A stretch of 64,000 nt of DNA from a virus. Its lineage: Duplodnaviria; Heunggongvirae; Uroviricota; Caudoviricetes. The DNA lies in IMG/VR virus record IMGVR_UViG_3300005253_000530. One strand, given 5' to 3'. The position numbers and the translations under genes are program-made. The notes beneath the pieces were generated by a model. It was not told where the DNA came from. It saw nothing but the letters and a program-made list of their open reading frames with translations, and searched no databases. This document shows positions 18,947 through 29,512 of this stretch, one piece after another (the stretch's first letter is position 1; each line of letters begins with the position of its first letter).

Positions 18947-20188
18947 TTATACCTCCTCCTCTTCAAAAAGTTTCGTTTGTAAATAATCCGACCTACCCGT
19001 TACCTTCTCCTTTACGACTTTACTTTTGTTATTTTTGATATTTACATCATTCGGAATTTCTTTTGATATCTTATCCCTAACCAAGCTCATAGCTTTTGAT
19101 GAGCGCATGTCATGTGGTCTACGTATTGCTTCACCATCAATTGTAAACACATTTTCTTTAGATTTAGAAAACACAAATCTATAAGTGGCGGACTTCATTT
19201 TTGAGATTATGTCCTGCCCTTTAATTGACGAGTTTGTAATAAATACTTCCATACATATACCACTGGCTTTTTTAGAGTCAAATATTGGTAATACATCCCC
19301 TAATTCATAAAAGCTTATAGATACAATATCAGTTATTACTTTTACACGGTTGTGAGGATATTGAAAGAAACTTATATGGTGGGGATATGCTTTTGTCAAC
19401 ACACTATAAAAAGAATTTATATCCTCTAACATATACTTCAAGTTAGATGTACCGACTCCTGAAAATGTGTAGTTTATAAATCTATTACTTTGCAAGCGCT
19501 CAGATAATAGATCAGGGAAATTAGAAACATCAGAACTATTATGTACATCAGAAAGCCTATCTAATTCTGTATGTATGCCATTATCAAATATTAAAGGCAA
19601 TGATCCATCTATATAAAATTTTTTTGTATTTGTCGAATGGATGACATAGTCTATTGTAGCATTCCATATACTAAATGGAATAATAACATTTATATTATCT
19701 AAAGAGTTGGATAAAATGCTATTTGCTTTTGCCAAATCCTTTTTAGCTATGTGATATATATCTTTGGCTGTAGACTTCTTAGCTTCAGTGGGTATAGGCT
19801 TTTTAGGCTCAGGCTTTGAATTAGTTATTTTACCTGTAGTTATTTTACCTGTAATTGTTTTATTCGGAAGTCTTTCTTCATCCCCCCTTCCTTCGTAACA
19901 TGATAATCCTTCTACGTAACTGCGGACACCTCTATCACTTGTTGGTGATCTAGGCACAGGTCGACCAGATCCACTAGGTAAAATTGGTACCATTGTTGAC
20001 TTAGATAATTCCCAAGAATTATGTGAATTATTACGGCTAATTATACCATCATATACAACGAATGGTTGTATAATGGCAATACATGGAGTACCTACTGACA
20101 TATCGTCATATGTAGAAGTGGTGATACCGGCTATACAGTTATCTTCTGGATAAATTTCTTGTAAAAATTTTAGTTTCTCTACGTACAT
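18947..20188 (-). CDS. hypothetical protein in amidoligase operon
   Basis: 413-aa ORF, stop/start coupled to neighbours; ITGKITTGKIT short repeat. Confidence 0.5.
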   Translation of the reverse strand: MYVEKLKFLQEIYPEDNCIAGITTSTYDDMSVGTPCIAIIQPFVVYDGIISRNNSHNSWELSKSTMVPILPSGSGRPVPRSPTSDRGVRSYVEGLSCYEGRGDEERLPNKTITGKITTGKITNSKPEPKKPIPTEAKKSTAKDIYHIAKKDLAKANSILSNSLDNINVIIPFSIWNATIDYVIHSTNTKKFYIDGSLPLIFDNGIHTELDRLSDVHNSSDVSNFPDLLSERLQSNRFINYTFSGVGTSNLKYMLEDINSFYSVLTKAYPHHISFFQYPHNRVKVITDIVSISFYELGDVLPIFDSKKASGICMEVFITNSSIKGQDIISKMKSATYRFVFSKSKENVFTIDGEAIRRPHDMRSSKAMSLVRDKISKEIPNDVNIKNNKSKVVKEKVTGRSDYLQTKLFEEEEV

Positions 20189-20200
20189 TTACTACCTCCA

Positions 20201-21130
20201 TTAATATCCATTCATAATACAATTAGAACATACTCCTGCGTTACATTCAGACATCATGTCATATCCTGTATTGCATAGACTGCAATCATGTGCATTACTA
20301 TTACCCCCAATTTCTCTCCGTTTTCCAGCAGACCATGGATGCTTATAGTCGTCATTGTCTAAATCGAATTCTAATATTTTGCCAGTTTCCAGGTCTATTC
20401 TTACCCCGCTCATAGAGATGTCTATACTTTTACTGGTATGTGCAGGGTTTAGCCACTTAGAGTGCTCTAGAGATTCATTTAGTATGAATTTACTAGATGC
20501 AAAAACCATACTTCTTACATTTTTGTATATATATAATATTGCATTGGGATATGATAGTGCATTACTGAATAGAGTCAAATACCTTGGCATATCAGTGTGT
20601 ATAAAAGCACAAGCATATGATCCTGTCATCTCTCCGTGAGCAAGTTTTACTGCTTCAACTATTGTTTTGCCAGTAGAAATATGATAATCTATTAATCTAA
20701 ATATTATTTCACTATCTACTTGCCCCAGTCTGTTTATACAATCTGAATATTTACTAAATAAACTATCATCATTACCCACCATGCCATTATGTACTCCAAT
20801 AACTTTATTAGCTATTATCGGATGGTTGTTTTCATTTAAACGCTGAGTACCTTTAGTTTTTTGTCTTGTGTGCCCTATCATAGCTTTAAAGTTTTTAGCG
20901 CAGTTTATATTTTTTACGACGTCACTATATTCAGTAGTACGCACCAGCTTTGATCCTTTGAAAGCCTCTTTATATACAGAAACTTTTTCTTCTGTCAATA
21001 CACATATACCCGAAGCATCTTTACCTCTTGATTCTGATGCTTTAAGCAAATTATAAGTGGCTTTACGAAATGAATGAGCTTTATCATAAGAATTTGGCCC
21101 ATAGTTTATCAACCCAAATATTCCACACAT
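20201..21130 (-). CDS. class-II glutamine amidotransferase (Ntn, N-terminal Cys), short form
   Basis: MCGIFGLINYG N-terminus, GHTRQKT, NNHP motifs. Confidence 0.7.
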   Translation of the reverse strand: MCGIFGLINYGPNSYDKAHSFRKATYNLLKASESRGKDASGICVLTEEKVSVYKEAFKGSKLVRTTEYSDVVKNINCAKNFKAMIGHTRQKTKGTQRLNENNHPIIANKVIGVHNGMVGNDDSLFSKYSDCINRLGQVDSEIIFRLIDYHISTGKTIVEAVKLAHGEMTGSYACAFIHTDMPRYLTLFSNALSYPNAILYIYKNVRSMVFASSKFILNESLEHSKWLNPAHTSKSIDISMSGVRIDLETGKILEFDLDNDDYKHPWSAGKRREIGGNSNAHDCSLCNTGYDMMSECNAGVCSNCIMNGY

Positions 21131-21143
21131 AAAAGTATTTCTC

Positions 21144-22772
21144 CTATACAGACAACATGCATCCAGTAGAATCCGACCAGATCATTTCGCCTTCTCTCAT
21201 TTTTGTATCTACAAATAATTCAATTTCCTCTTTACTGACTGTATCAGTAAGATCTTCGTCTTCTGATAAGCACTTTTGGACTTCTATTACCCATTCATCA
21301 CAGCTTACGCAGTCATCAATTAGTTTTAGATCGATTATTTCACTCAACTTCACTTCTAATATATCTGTACTCTTTATTTCAACAGCTAGATCCTCTTCTA
21401 TTTCTTTCCATGTTTTTCCATCCATTAAGTGTAAGGAAGCAGGACGTTCGGCTAACTTAATAAGAATATTGTATGCTGGGCCTATCTTCAGTAATATACT
21501 TTTCAATTGATTTACTAGATCAAGGCTTTCTTCTACAAAGTACTGCGTATTGTCCAACAAATGTCTAGTATCACTCATGCGACTACTATCGTTATAATCA
21601 CCGCAGCCATTCAGGATTGTTTCTTTCATAGCCTTAGCCTTCTTCAACCAAGCCTCATCCCCAACTTTCAATAATCCGTATCTGCTTATTTCGACCGCCT
21701 TTATAACAATAGCATAATGTAAACAAGCCAAAGCTGCATAATAGGTGGGACACATAGTTGAATCCGCCTGCCTGAATTCAATATGAAATCTATCTATATC
21801 TCCACCACTAAACCTGGTTTTGTTATAATTGATAAATCCATATTTGTTGCCACCAGCATGTCTAGATACATCTTCAATAACACGCCTCATATCCTTTGTA
21901 ACGGGCGATACATCAAGGATACCTACTCTAAATTTTTCCCAGCGAGTCATGTGTCTGGGGTCACCTAGGGCTATGGTCATCCATGTTAATGCATTCTGAT
22001 ATCTCCTGCATAACTGATGAAAATTTGCAAGAACTATTTGGGGCATAGGTTTTTCTAATTCATTGGCCCCATCACCCTCATAATAACTGGTTAATACGTG
22101 CATATGGGAACCAGTTCTTTCGTTTAAATATCCACCATATTTTTCTACTTTATCCAATATTCTTTTGGACATTGTATAGAATTCCCAGAAGTCTACACGC
22201 CGGCCAACGGTTATAATCTCTACGCCTTTGTCACCAAGTAGAGAACCATCTGTTGTTATACCGACAACACCAGATGGGCCTACCTTACCGTATGTTTTAC
22301 TAGGCTGCAACTCCGTATTCAAATTTTGCCTAATGTGCTTTGGGTCCTTATTTATGTTATACTTTTTAGAACAACTACCACAGTTCTTATCGAAATGATT
22401 ACATGTAAAACACGCACTAATAAAATCCACACAAGTACTACCTATGCATGAGAACTCATATTTATTGCATTTTTTACACTTGTCTGGCTTACATTTTCGG
22501 CTTTGTGCTATACATGTATCATAGCATTTTTCTTTTTGACAGACTGGTGTATTAGTACATTCTTTCCAGCAGCCATCGCCTATACGAGTACAAGGACATT
22601 GTATATTATCACCTTTACAGGATCCTTTTTGATCTGGTAAGTTGAATTCAAATTCAATTCCAACTTTCAACAGTTTCCGCATTGATTCTTTCCAATATCT
22701 AGCCTCTGCTGCACCTAGTGCTGGTTTAGACGGATGACTGTAGAACTGCCATTTCTCTCTGTTGTTCCTCAT
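21144..22772 (-). CDS. Cys-rich GS/GCS2-like amidoligase-family protein
   Basis: N-terminal LLKVGIEFEFNL (GxExE strand of carboxylate-amine ligases) followed by a Cys-rich insert (about 25 Cys). Confidence 0.45.
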   Translation of the reverse strand: MRNNREKWQFYSHPSKPALGAAEARYWKESMRKLLKVGIEFEFNLPDQKGSCKGDNIQCPCTRIGDGCWKECTNTPVCQKEKCYDTCIAQSRKCKPDKCKKCNKYEFSCIGSTCVDFISACFTCNHFDKNCGSCSKKYNINKDPKHIRQNLNTELQPSKTYGKVGPSGVVGITTDGSLLGDKGVEIITVGRRVDFWEFYTMSKRILDKVEKYGGYLNERTGSHMHVLTSYYEGDGANELEKPMPQIVLANFHQLCRRYQNALTWMTIALGDPRHMTRWEKFRVGILDVSPVTKDMRRVIEDVSRHAGGNKYGFINYNKTRFSGGDIDRFHIEFRQADSTMCPTYYAALACLHYAIVIKAVEISRYGLLKVGDEAWLKKAKAMKETILNGCGDYNDSSRMSDTRHLLDNTQYFVEESLDLVNQLKSILLKIGPAYNILIKLAERPASLHLMDGKTWKEIEEDLAVEIKSTDILEVKLSEIIDLKLIDDCVSCDEWVIEVQKCLSEDEDLTDTVSKEEIELFVDTKMREGEMIWSDSTGCMLSV

Positions 22773-23928
22773 TACCTAGCAACCTCCAATTCAACTCTAT
22801 ATTTTCATTAAACCTTGCTTTTTTATGAGCGTAATTCAATATGTAGTCAAAATAATTTATTATTTGTGTCTGGTTATCTTTGAATCCTATCATCATAGAC
22901 AGATCGTTTAGTATTGCATCTATGTGTGACATGGACTTATTCATTGTTTCTGAAACTACGCTGTCATGTACTACATTTTCATTCGGTAAATTAGGGTATA
23001 GTTGTCTAAGATCTTTGTAATCTCTAAACCATATCTTTTTCCTAAATCTATCAGAATGAGCACTTAATCTACTCAGTATATCTTTCATAACAACTATACT
23101 TATAGACAAAATGCCAGATGAAAGTATAGGGTGCCGTAATAAGTGGCCTCCTGGTACTCTATACTCTAATGTCATCATGTCATGCCTGAAATCTCCAGGT
23201 TTACCATAATGACTGAATCTCTTAGATCGTCGATAGAAATCCTCGTTACCTTCAGGTAATACAGCTGGTATTCCAACGTAGTAATCCAGGACACTTACTA
23301 TATTTCCAAGTAAGGCGTGCATGTTTTGTAACATAAATTGTGGTAGTCCAAAATGTATGTGGTATCCAGCAGATGCATTATTACAATGGGAAGAAGCTTC
23401 CATTCTTATGTCTTGTTTTCTAAATAATACTCTGTTACTAATATGCTCATGTGCTCTGGCCATTAGTTTATACAATTCCTCTGATACACCTTTTTCCTTT
23501 AAACTTGGCCGTGGTCTTATCTCTGCCAGGCCACAATCACTCCCAACTTCTCCATAATGAGGAAAAAAGTGGCTTGCTGATACATTGAATCCGGTAGTCT
23601 TATTCACCAGAAAAAATTCCGGGTCACACCCTATAAGTATATCATCGGCTGGTTTTATACTTGATATTAGATTTAGATCCAATAAATCATGTGTGTCTGT
23701 ATTTACATATACGCTTTCATTGTCTTCAAAGGCGTCAATTTCATAAGCTGTTGATACTTGTAGTGCTATTGGTTCTCCATCTTTGCCGTTTAGGCATAAA
23801 AAAAGTCCGGGCTCTAACCCGAACTCTTCTCTCAATTTTAGGGGTATTCGTATCAACCTATTTTCAATAGACCCCAACGGAGATGTATCTTTCCCCATAG
23901 ATGGAGATACTTTTATCTTGAACCTCAT
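22726..23928 (-). CDS. GCS2/GS-like carboxylate-amine ligase (amidoligase), paralog A
   Basis: IGCDPEFFLVNKTTG ... GSDCGLAEIRPRP ... AGYHIHFG. Confidence 0.6.
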   Translation of the reverse strand: MRFKIKVSPSMGKDTSPLGSIENRLIRIPLKLREEFGLEPGLFLCLNGKDGEPIALQVSTAYEIDAFEDNESVYVNTDTHDLLDLNLISSIKPADDILIGCDPEFFLVNKTTGFNVSASHFFPHYGEVGSDCGLAEIRPRPSLKEKGVSEELYKLMARAHEHISNRVLFRKQDIRMEASSHCNNASAGYHIHFGLPQFMLQNMHALLGNIVSVLDYYVGIPAVLPEGNEDFYRRSKRFSHYGKPGDFRHDMMTLEYRVPGGHLLRHPILSSGILSISIVVMKDILSRLSAHSDRFRKKIWFRDYKDLRQLYPNLPNENVVHDSVVSETMNKSMSHIDAILNDLSMMIGFKDNQTQIINYFDYILNYAHKKARFNENIELNWRLLGNEEQQREMAVLQSSV

Positions 23929-23940
23929 ATGTTTCCTCCG

Positions 23941-24606
23941 CTAATATTGGATATCGTCCTCCTCAAGCCCACGGGCCTCCCTAGCACCTTTGTATAATCT
24001 GAGCAATCTTTCCACTTTAGATGCTGATGTTTTTTTTGCTACGTTTTTCTTCCATGCTCCTAGATTCATTTTCTTTAATTCTTCTCTCTTCTTTTTATAA
24101 TACACCAATTTCTTTGCGTCTTCCTTTTTCAGCAGAAACATTATCAAACCCTTGCCGTTACCGTTACTAGAACCATTCTCCCATGGCTTGAGTCCATAAG
24201 GGATGCCTCTTATTAGAAAGGACTCTTTTTTTTCAGAAATCGATGCCATTTCACGTTTGCTTACGTGTGTTACGAATTTGCATATATACCTCGCTGCTAT
24301 TTGTTTGACTATTGGACCATAACCAGCGGCTGTATTTAACTTATGCCAGTGATTGTCCTTACATACATTGGTGCGTGGATACACTATGGACTTAGCTGTT
24401 TTTTTGATACAGTCAACGGCAGCAACATAAGTTCTTCCGCTATGGTGGGTGGTCACATAAAATTCTACTAAGCATGGATATGTATGTGGATAATAGCTCA
24501 AATATCTACCTAGCTCTTCTGGATTACGAACCCGTATATCGGTTTTATCCTGCATATAGCTTATAGCTTGTTGCTCGTAGGCAGGTGGATCACTTACAAT
24601 TATCAC
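23941..24606 (-). CDS. hypothetical protein, paralog of 60210..61115
   Basis: Shared block YP.L..V.T...G...A..C.K..K..VYP.TN.C with the 301-aa ORF at 60210..61115. Confidence 0.5.
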   Translation of the reverse strand: MIIVSDPPAYEQQAISYMQDKTDIRVRNPEELGRYLSYYPHTYPCLVEFYVTTHHSGRTYVAAVDCIKKTAKSIVYPRTNVCKDNHWHKLNTAAGYGPIVKQIAARYICKFVTHVSKREMASISEKKESFLIRGIPYGLKPWENGSSNGNGKGLIMFLLKKEDAKKLVYYKKKREELKKMNLGAWKKNVAKKTSASKVERLLRLYKGAREARGLEEDDIQY

Positions 24607-24617
24607 AGCTTACTCTC

Positions 24618-26018
24618 CTATCCGTCTATTATCTTCATGCCTAGTAGTCGATAAGTCATCGCTCTGTGCATGAATTGATTTTTTAATATACCAATATTTT
24701 CATCTACATAATCATATATTATCGCGTCTTTTTTTCCCTCGCACGCTCTTTGTATCCTACCAACTGCCTGTTCTACTCTTGTCTTCTCCCTAAATGGTAA
24801 GGCTATGAATCCTCTATTTAGTTTTGGTACATCAAATCCCTCACCTAATAGTTCAAATGTAGTAATTAGAACTGTGGCTTCACCTCTTTCTATTTTTTCA
24901 ACTTGTTCGTTATTGTGTTTACGACTGTAGTCGCCGGTAGCTATTACTGCTTTATCCCAATAAGGGAGTAAAGTTTCTAGTATCATTTCGCAATATTGTT
25001 TTCTTGTATTTATTACTATGCAGTAATTTCCTTTAGTAGCTTCCCTATGTATATCTTGTACTATCATTGAGAGCCGAAGTTCGTTTGTTAATAACAACTC
25101 TGTAATGATATAAGGGAAATCATTTCCTTCCCATTTTTCTGATGGTACTATTCTTTTTACTACTATAGGAGTTATTATACTTCCTAATTTCTTTACTTCT
25201 TCTCGTGCTACTTTAGCATTAGGCAGTCCTATAGTCGCAAACATAACATTTTCTAACTTGTCACGCCTATATGGTGTGGCAGTGAGGCCATATAGGTAGT
25301 AACTTGAGAAATAACTAATTACTTCTAGGAATGTTGAGGCTGGTACATGGTGAGCTTCGTCTATTATTACAATACCAAATTTCTTACCAATTGCTAAAAG
25401 TTCGTCTTTTCTTCGTACCAGTGTAGGTATCATTCCTATAGTGATCCTATCTCCCAATTTCATCTTCCCGCCGCCGATAAATCCTATCTCATCCCTTGTT
25501 ATATCTGAAAAAGCAGGTGGGTGATCATCTGTACCTATAATTCTTTCGATAACTTGGTTCGATAGCCTATTCGTATGAGTAAGCCATAGCATTGATTGTC
25601 GAACTGAGGCAAACAGATCGAGGCCCATAATTGTTTTCCCAGACCCTGCTGGTGCTACTAGCATACCATTTGGATGACTTAACAAATTGAATTTAGCTCC
25701 ACGCTGGTATGGTCTTAGCTTTATATTGGATGAAATAGATATTGGCGGGGTAAGTATCCTATTATCCTTTATAGAAATATTTAGCCCTTGCCCTATAATA
25801 GAGTCTTCTATTATTTGTAAAAATCCTCTTGGTAGAACTATTCCATTTGGTAACCTCCTGTATAATTTTATATATTGTCTTATACTATTAGTATATCTAC
25901 CATATTTCATAGCTTCTTCGAACTTTGGATTATTAAATGTCAGCTGTTCTATAAACCAATCGGTTACATCCTTTGGTGCGTCTAAAAGTTTAAGTGAACT
26001 GTCTATTATCAACTTCAT
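24618..26018 (-). CDS. SF2 DEAH-box helicase (UvsW/XPB/type-III-res-like)
   Basis: LRPYQ, Walker A APAGSGKT, DEAH box IIDEAHH, motif III GLTATP, motif VI QAVGRIQR. Confidence 0.8.
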   Translation of the reverse strand: MKLIIDSSLKLLDAPKDVTDWFIEQLTFNNPKFEEAMKYGRYTNSIRQYIKLYRRLPNGIVLPRGFLQIIEDSIIGQGLNISIKDNRILTPPISISSNIKLRPYQRGAKFNLLSHPNGMLVAPAGSGKTIMGLDLFASVRQSMLWLTHTNRLSNQVIERIIGTDDHPPAFSDITRDEIGFIGGGKMKLGDRITIGMIPTLVRRKDELLAIGKKFGIVIIDEAHHVPASTFLEVISYFSSYYLYGLTATPYRRDKLENVMFATIGLPNAKVAREEVKKLGSIITPIVVKRIVPSEKWEGNDFPYIITELLLTNELRLSMIVQDIHREATKGNYCIVINTRKQYCEMILETLLPYWDKAVIATGDYSRKHNNEQVEKIERGEATVLITTFELLGEGFDVPKLNRGFIALPFREKTRVEQAVGRIQRACEGKKDAIIYDYVDENIGILKNQFMHRAMTYRLLGMKIIDG

Positions 26019-26019
26019 A

Positions 26020-26679
26020 TTATTTTGCTAGATAAGCATCTATTTGCTTCCCCCACTCTTCATCATTATCATTATAAAAGAATGCGGTAGTTACTTTCTT
26101 TCTCCTTTTTATTATCTTACTTTTTTTATGGTTTGTTGTAGCATAAAGTCCCGCTAATTTTAAAGAATTTCCAAATTTTTTACGCATTTTCCCGACTGTT
26201 TTCTTCACTTTTTTACGATCTTTTTTATCTTTTATGAGCTTGAGAGGATCATGCACCCTAATACTATATTCATCTCTTCCTACCATAAAGGTCTCTATAC
26301 CAGAGTACGATGCATATATCTGCATTCGTGTTTTGGGAGCAAGCTTAGCTCCACATTGTCCTATAAATGATTCATAACAAGCAATTTGGACTGATATATT
26401 TTGACATGGCCCACTACATCGCGGGCATGGGATTATACTATTGCAAAACGTTCCACAGAAGCCAGCATAAGTAAATAAATCCTTAAACTTCTTTTGATTA
26501 GTGAACCTAAGACCAATCATATACTGCATTTTTTTCCAGAAATCTTCTTTGTCTTTAGCATACTGAGCTAAGCAGAATTTAGGATCAATAGGTGGTCTAC
26601 ACATTGTGCATTTCACACATATATTCTCTGTGAATGCTTTTTTATAAAAATTCTGTCTTTCTTGGTGCCAATTATCCAT
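26020..26679 (-). CDS. Cys-rich hypothetical protein
   Basis: CVKCTMC, FCGTFC, CPRCSGPC clusters; basic C-terminus. Confidence 0.45.
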   Translation of the reverse strand: MDNWHQERQNFYKKAFTENICVKCTMCRPPIDPKFCLAQYAKDKEDFWKKMQYMIGLRFTNQKKFKDLFTYAGFCGTFCNSIIPCPRCSGPCQNISVQIACYESFIGQCGAKLAPKTRMQIYASYSGIETFMVGRDEYSIRVHDPLKLIKDKKDRKKVKKTVGKMRKKFGNSLKLAGLYATTNHKKSKIIKRRKKVTTAFFYNDNDEEWGKQIDAYLAK

Positions 26680-27748
26680 GATTATCCTTTATTGAACGAT
26701 TCTTTTACGTTTTTGCCGTCTGGCAATTTCCAGAACGTCCAACCACTCCTTCTTACCCCGCTTACGCCTTCAGCTGCTGCCGATAAACTTTCATATCTGG
26801 TAATACCAACATAGAAACCGCCGTCTTTGATATGCATAAAGTAATTTAATCCCTTAGTTGTGCCAGTTAGTACGGTACCTTCTGGAATTTCTACTCTATT
26901 TTCTTTTTTCTTTTTCTCAATAACAGCCCCAATGATTTTGTTTTTATCTGTATCTGCCTTATTTGCCAGATCTTTTACCATAGTGAACAAATTATCCAGA
27001 GAGCTGGTTAGAAAAGATACTCTTTGATCCAGACTCACTATCTTTTCTTCAGCAGTCTGAGGCTGTCTTTCTTCAACTTGAACCTCTTCAACATCAGCAT
27101 CATCTCCCAGAGCCACACATCTTACTTCCTCTTTAGCTACATCTTTAGTTATCATTACCCAGTCTCCTCATTTATTTCTTTAACTATATCCATCACTTTC
27201 CTACTGCGTTCCTCCATAAGTACTGTAATATAACTTATGTCAGGAAATAATAATGCTGGCAAGTCTTCTTTTTCAGATACTATCTTCTCCAACCTCTCAT
27301 GGGCTTCCGCTTCTGTGTCCGCGTCAACCTGTAATTCGTATATACCCATGGTTTTATATATTTTAGCGTGCCATTTTGGCATTTGTTTTCTCCTACTACA
27401 TTTTTATTTTATTCTTTTCACTTGGTGACAGGCTGTTTATTGCATGTTGAGCTTCCTTTATCTTGCGGGAGCTTTCTCTCTTTTCGCACATCTTTTTTTC
27501 CGATAGCCAGTACTTACATTTCTTTGGTATGTTGTCGTTTTCGAGTCTATAAGGAGGCAAGCCCTCTGTGGAGCTCGAACAAGTAGTGCCGCTGCCTTTT
27601 CCAAGCTTGGTCAGTTTCAGACAGTACGGTACATCATATCCGGCATTTGGGTCTGCATGATAGCATCTATCACAACGTATGAGTCCATTATCTTTACACA
27701 CTTTCTCTAGATGTCTCATATCAGTAGCACTACATATATCATCATCCA

Positions 27749-28312
27749 TCATCTTCTATATCTATCCTCCGGCTTTATGAAATTAGGATTGTCGTCCTTC
27801 CTTGCCATTATTTCTTTTACCTGATCAAAAGAAAGCGGGAAGAAATTGGTATTATCCACACTAATACAATGCCTTTTACCTGGTAAATTCAAGTCTTTGT
27901 GAGAATGCGCATATAGATGCCAACTGTTATAATGAGATCGAGCCCATGTATGCATGGCGTAATGACAGACTACAAGAAATTCATCATTCTTCTTGTCCAT
28001 CATATTTGACCATATATCATGGAAATGGCTGGCACGAGCGGACATCCACTTATCGTGATCTCCTCTTAAGAATATTTGACGACCATTTAGTCTAGAAATG
28101 TAACTATATGCATTATCATTGGAGTTTCTTGCTGCATATTGTTTAAACCAACAAAAATCGCCGGCATTGATAACTGTGTCATCCTTGCCTACAACCTCAT
28201 TGTGTTTGGCTATCATATCTTCATCCATTTCATTTTCATTTTTATATGGCCTATCACAATGTTCTATAATACGCCCATGGCCATAATGCTGGTCTGCAGT
28301 AAAAAAATACAT
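27749..28312 (-). CDS. calcineurin-like metallophosphoesterase
   Basis: Motifs DQHYGH, INAGDF, RGDHD. Confidence 0.7.
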   Translation of the reverse strand: MYFFTADQHYGHGRIIEHCDRPYKNENEMDEDMIAKHNEVVGKDDTVINAGDFCWFKQYAARNSNDNAYSYISRLNGRQIFLRGDHDKWMSARASHFHDIWSNMMDKKNDEFLVVCHYAMHTWARSHYNSWHLYAHSHKDLNLPGKRHCISVDNTNFFPLSFDQVKEIMARKDDNPNFIKPEDRYRR

Positions 28313-28644
28313 TATCTTGTAGAGTCTCCTTCATCCATTAATTTTAATATTTCATCCCCAGTTTCTCTTACCTTTATTTTGTTTCTATGTTGCCATCTTG
28401 CAGTGATTACTATTGTTCGATTACCATAGTTATCTTCCCTCTCAGGAATTATCTCCACTATATCTCTTCTGTTTATTACACGCCAGTCAATCCTATTATT
28501 ATACCCGGCTATATGTAAAGTTATCATATCATCTCTTAAATTCATTATCTTTCCCCTGTAAAAAAGTTTGGGTGCCCAGGAAGAATACATGAGAAACCTG
28601 GACACCCTTTGAAAGGAGGTATTACACCTAATGGTGTTCGCAGA

Positions 28645-28775
28645 CCCCTATATTAAAGTTAGGTGGTGTGGGTGGTAGGATTCAAACCTACGACCTTTCA
28701 GAACGCCTTTCCGTAGACGGCTGAGTGCTCCACTTATGAGCTACACCCCTTGTTCACCTAACTTTAATATAGGGG
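28645..28775. repeat. perfect 21-bp inverted repeat (cccctatattaaagttaggtg / cacctaactttaatatagggg) bracketing the tRNA-like gene
   Basis: Arms at 28645..28665 and 28755..28775, exact reverse complements. Confidence 0.85.
28664..28750 (-). tRNA. tRNA-like gene with encoded CCA and extra arm, anticodon not resolvable; enclosed by a perfect 21-bp inverted repeat
   Basis: D-arm TAGCTCATAAGTGGAGC with U8, T-arm GTAGG-TTTGAAT-CCTAC, 3' CACCCAC-A-CCA; acceptor pairs only 5 of 7. Confidence 0.35.
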
Positions 28776-29147
28776 CCTACTTTAAGAGGAAAAGTACACC
28801 TACTAATATTATAGAATAAAGTAGGAATTTTATTAACTAATAGGTCTATTATCTGTCCATATCCCACACATCTTTTTTGTCTTTCGGATTAACAGGTACT
28901 TTGACTAATACCGGGTAATCTGAGGAAGGATCCAACATTCGCTCAACCAGTTCTTCTGGACTAAATCTTTCTGTGGGATGAGAATAAAGTTCTATTTTAC
29001 CATCCTCACTTTCTTCTATATCACGGTGAAAGTAGCATTTTACCGCCTCTAGTGGATCTGTCCACGCACCATCTATACTTGTTTCAAACACTATCAAATA
29101 TATGTGGTCCATATTTGCTTTCCTTTCTATATGAAAATTTGTAAAAT

Positions 29148-29510
29148 CTAACCCATTGGCGGCCTACCAGTCGGTGCCGTAGATGGGCCACCGCCTGTAC
29201 CCTTGGGTTTGAATCCGAACCCTACACTTAGAACTGTGAACACATGATGATTCTGGCCTTCTGCCGTCCAAGCTTCATACTGGCATTCAATCCACAGCTC
29301 TTGGCCTTCTACCACATACTGTTCGATCAAATCAGCTTTCTTATCAGATGCAAACATGGGCACATCCACCGGTTTATCCACCCATTGTCCGTTTGCGTCG
29401 GGTCGTTTTTTATTAACAACGAGGTGAAAGAACGCTTGCTTTTTACCATCAGGCGACGAAATTTGCAATCCCTTAACCTTTCCGATAAACATTGTTTTAC
29501 TATAATCCAT
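29148..29510 (-). CDS. ssb: single-stranded DNA-binding protein (OB-fold SSB)
   Basis: MFIGKVKGLQISSPDGKKQAFFHLVVN...WIECQYEAW pattern typical of bacterial/phage SSB; Gly-rich tail. Confidence 0.7.
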   Translation of the reverse strand: MDYSKTMFIGKVKGLQISSPDGKKQAFFHLVVNKKRPDANGQWVDKPVDVPMFASDKKADLIEQYVVEGQELWIECQYEAWTAEGQNHHVFTVLSVGFGFKPKGTGGGPSTAPTGRPPMG

Positions 29511-29512
29511 AC

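Noticed and set aside
18947-20188. Possible capsid/structural gene in amidoligase operon
   Set aside because: No recognisable HK97-fold, portal or terminase motifs by eye; left as hypothetical.
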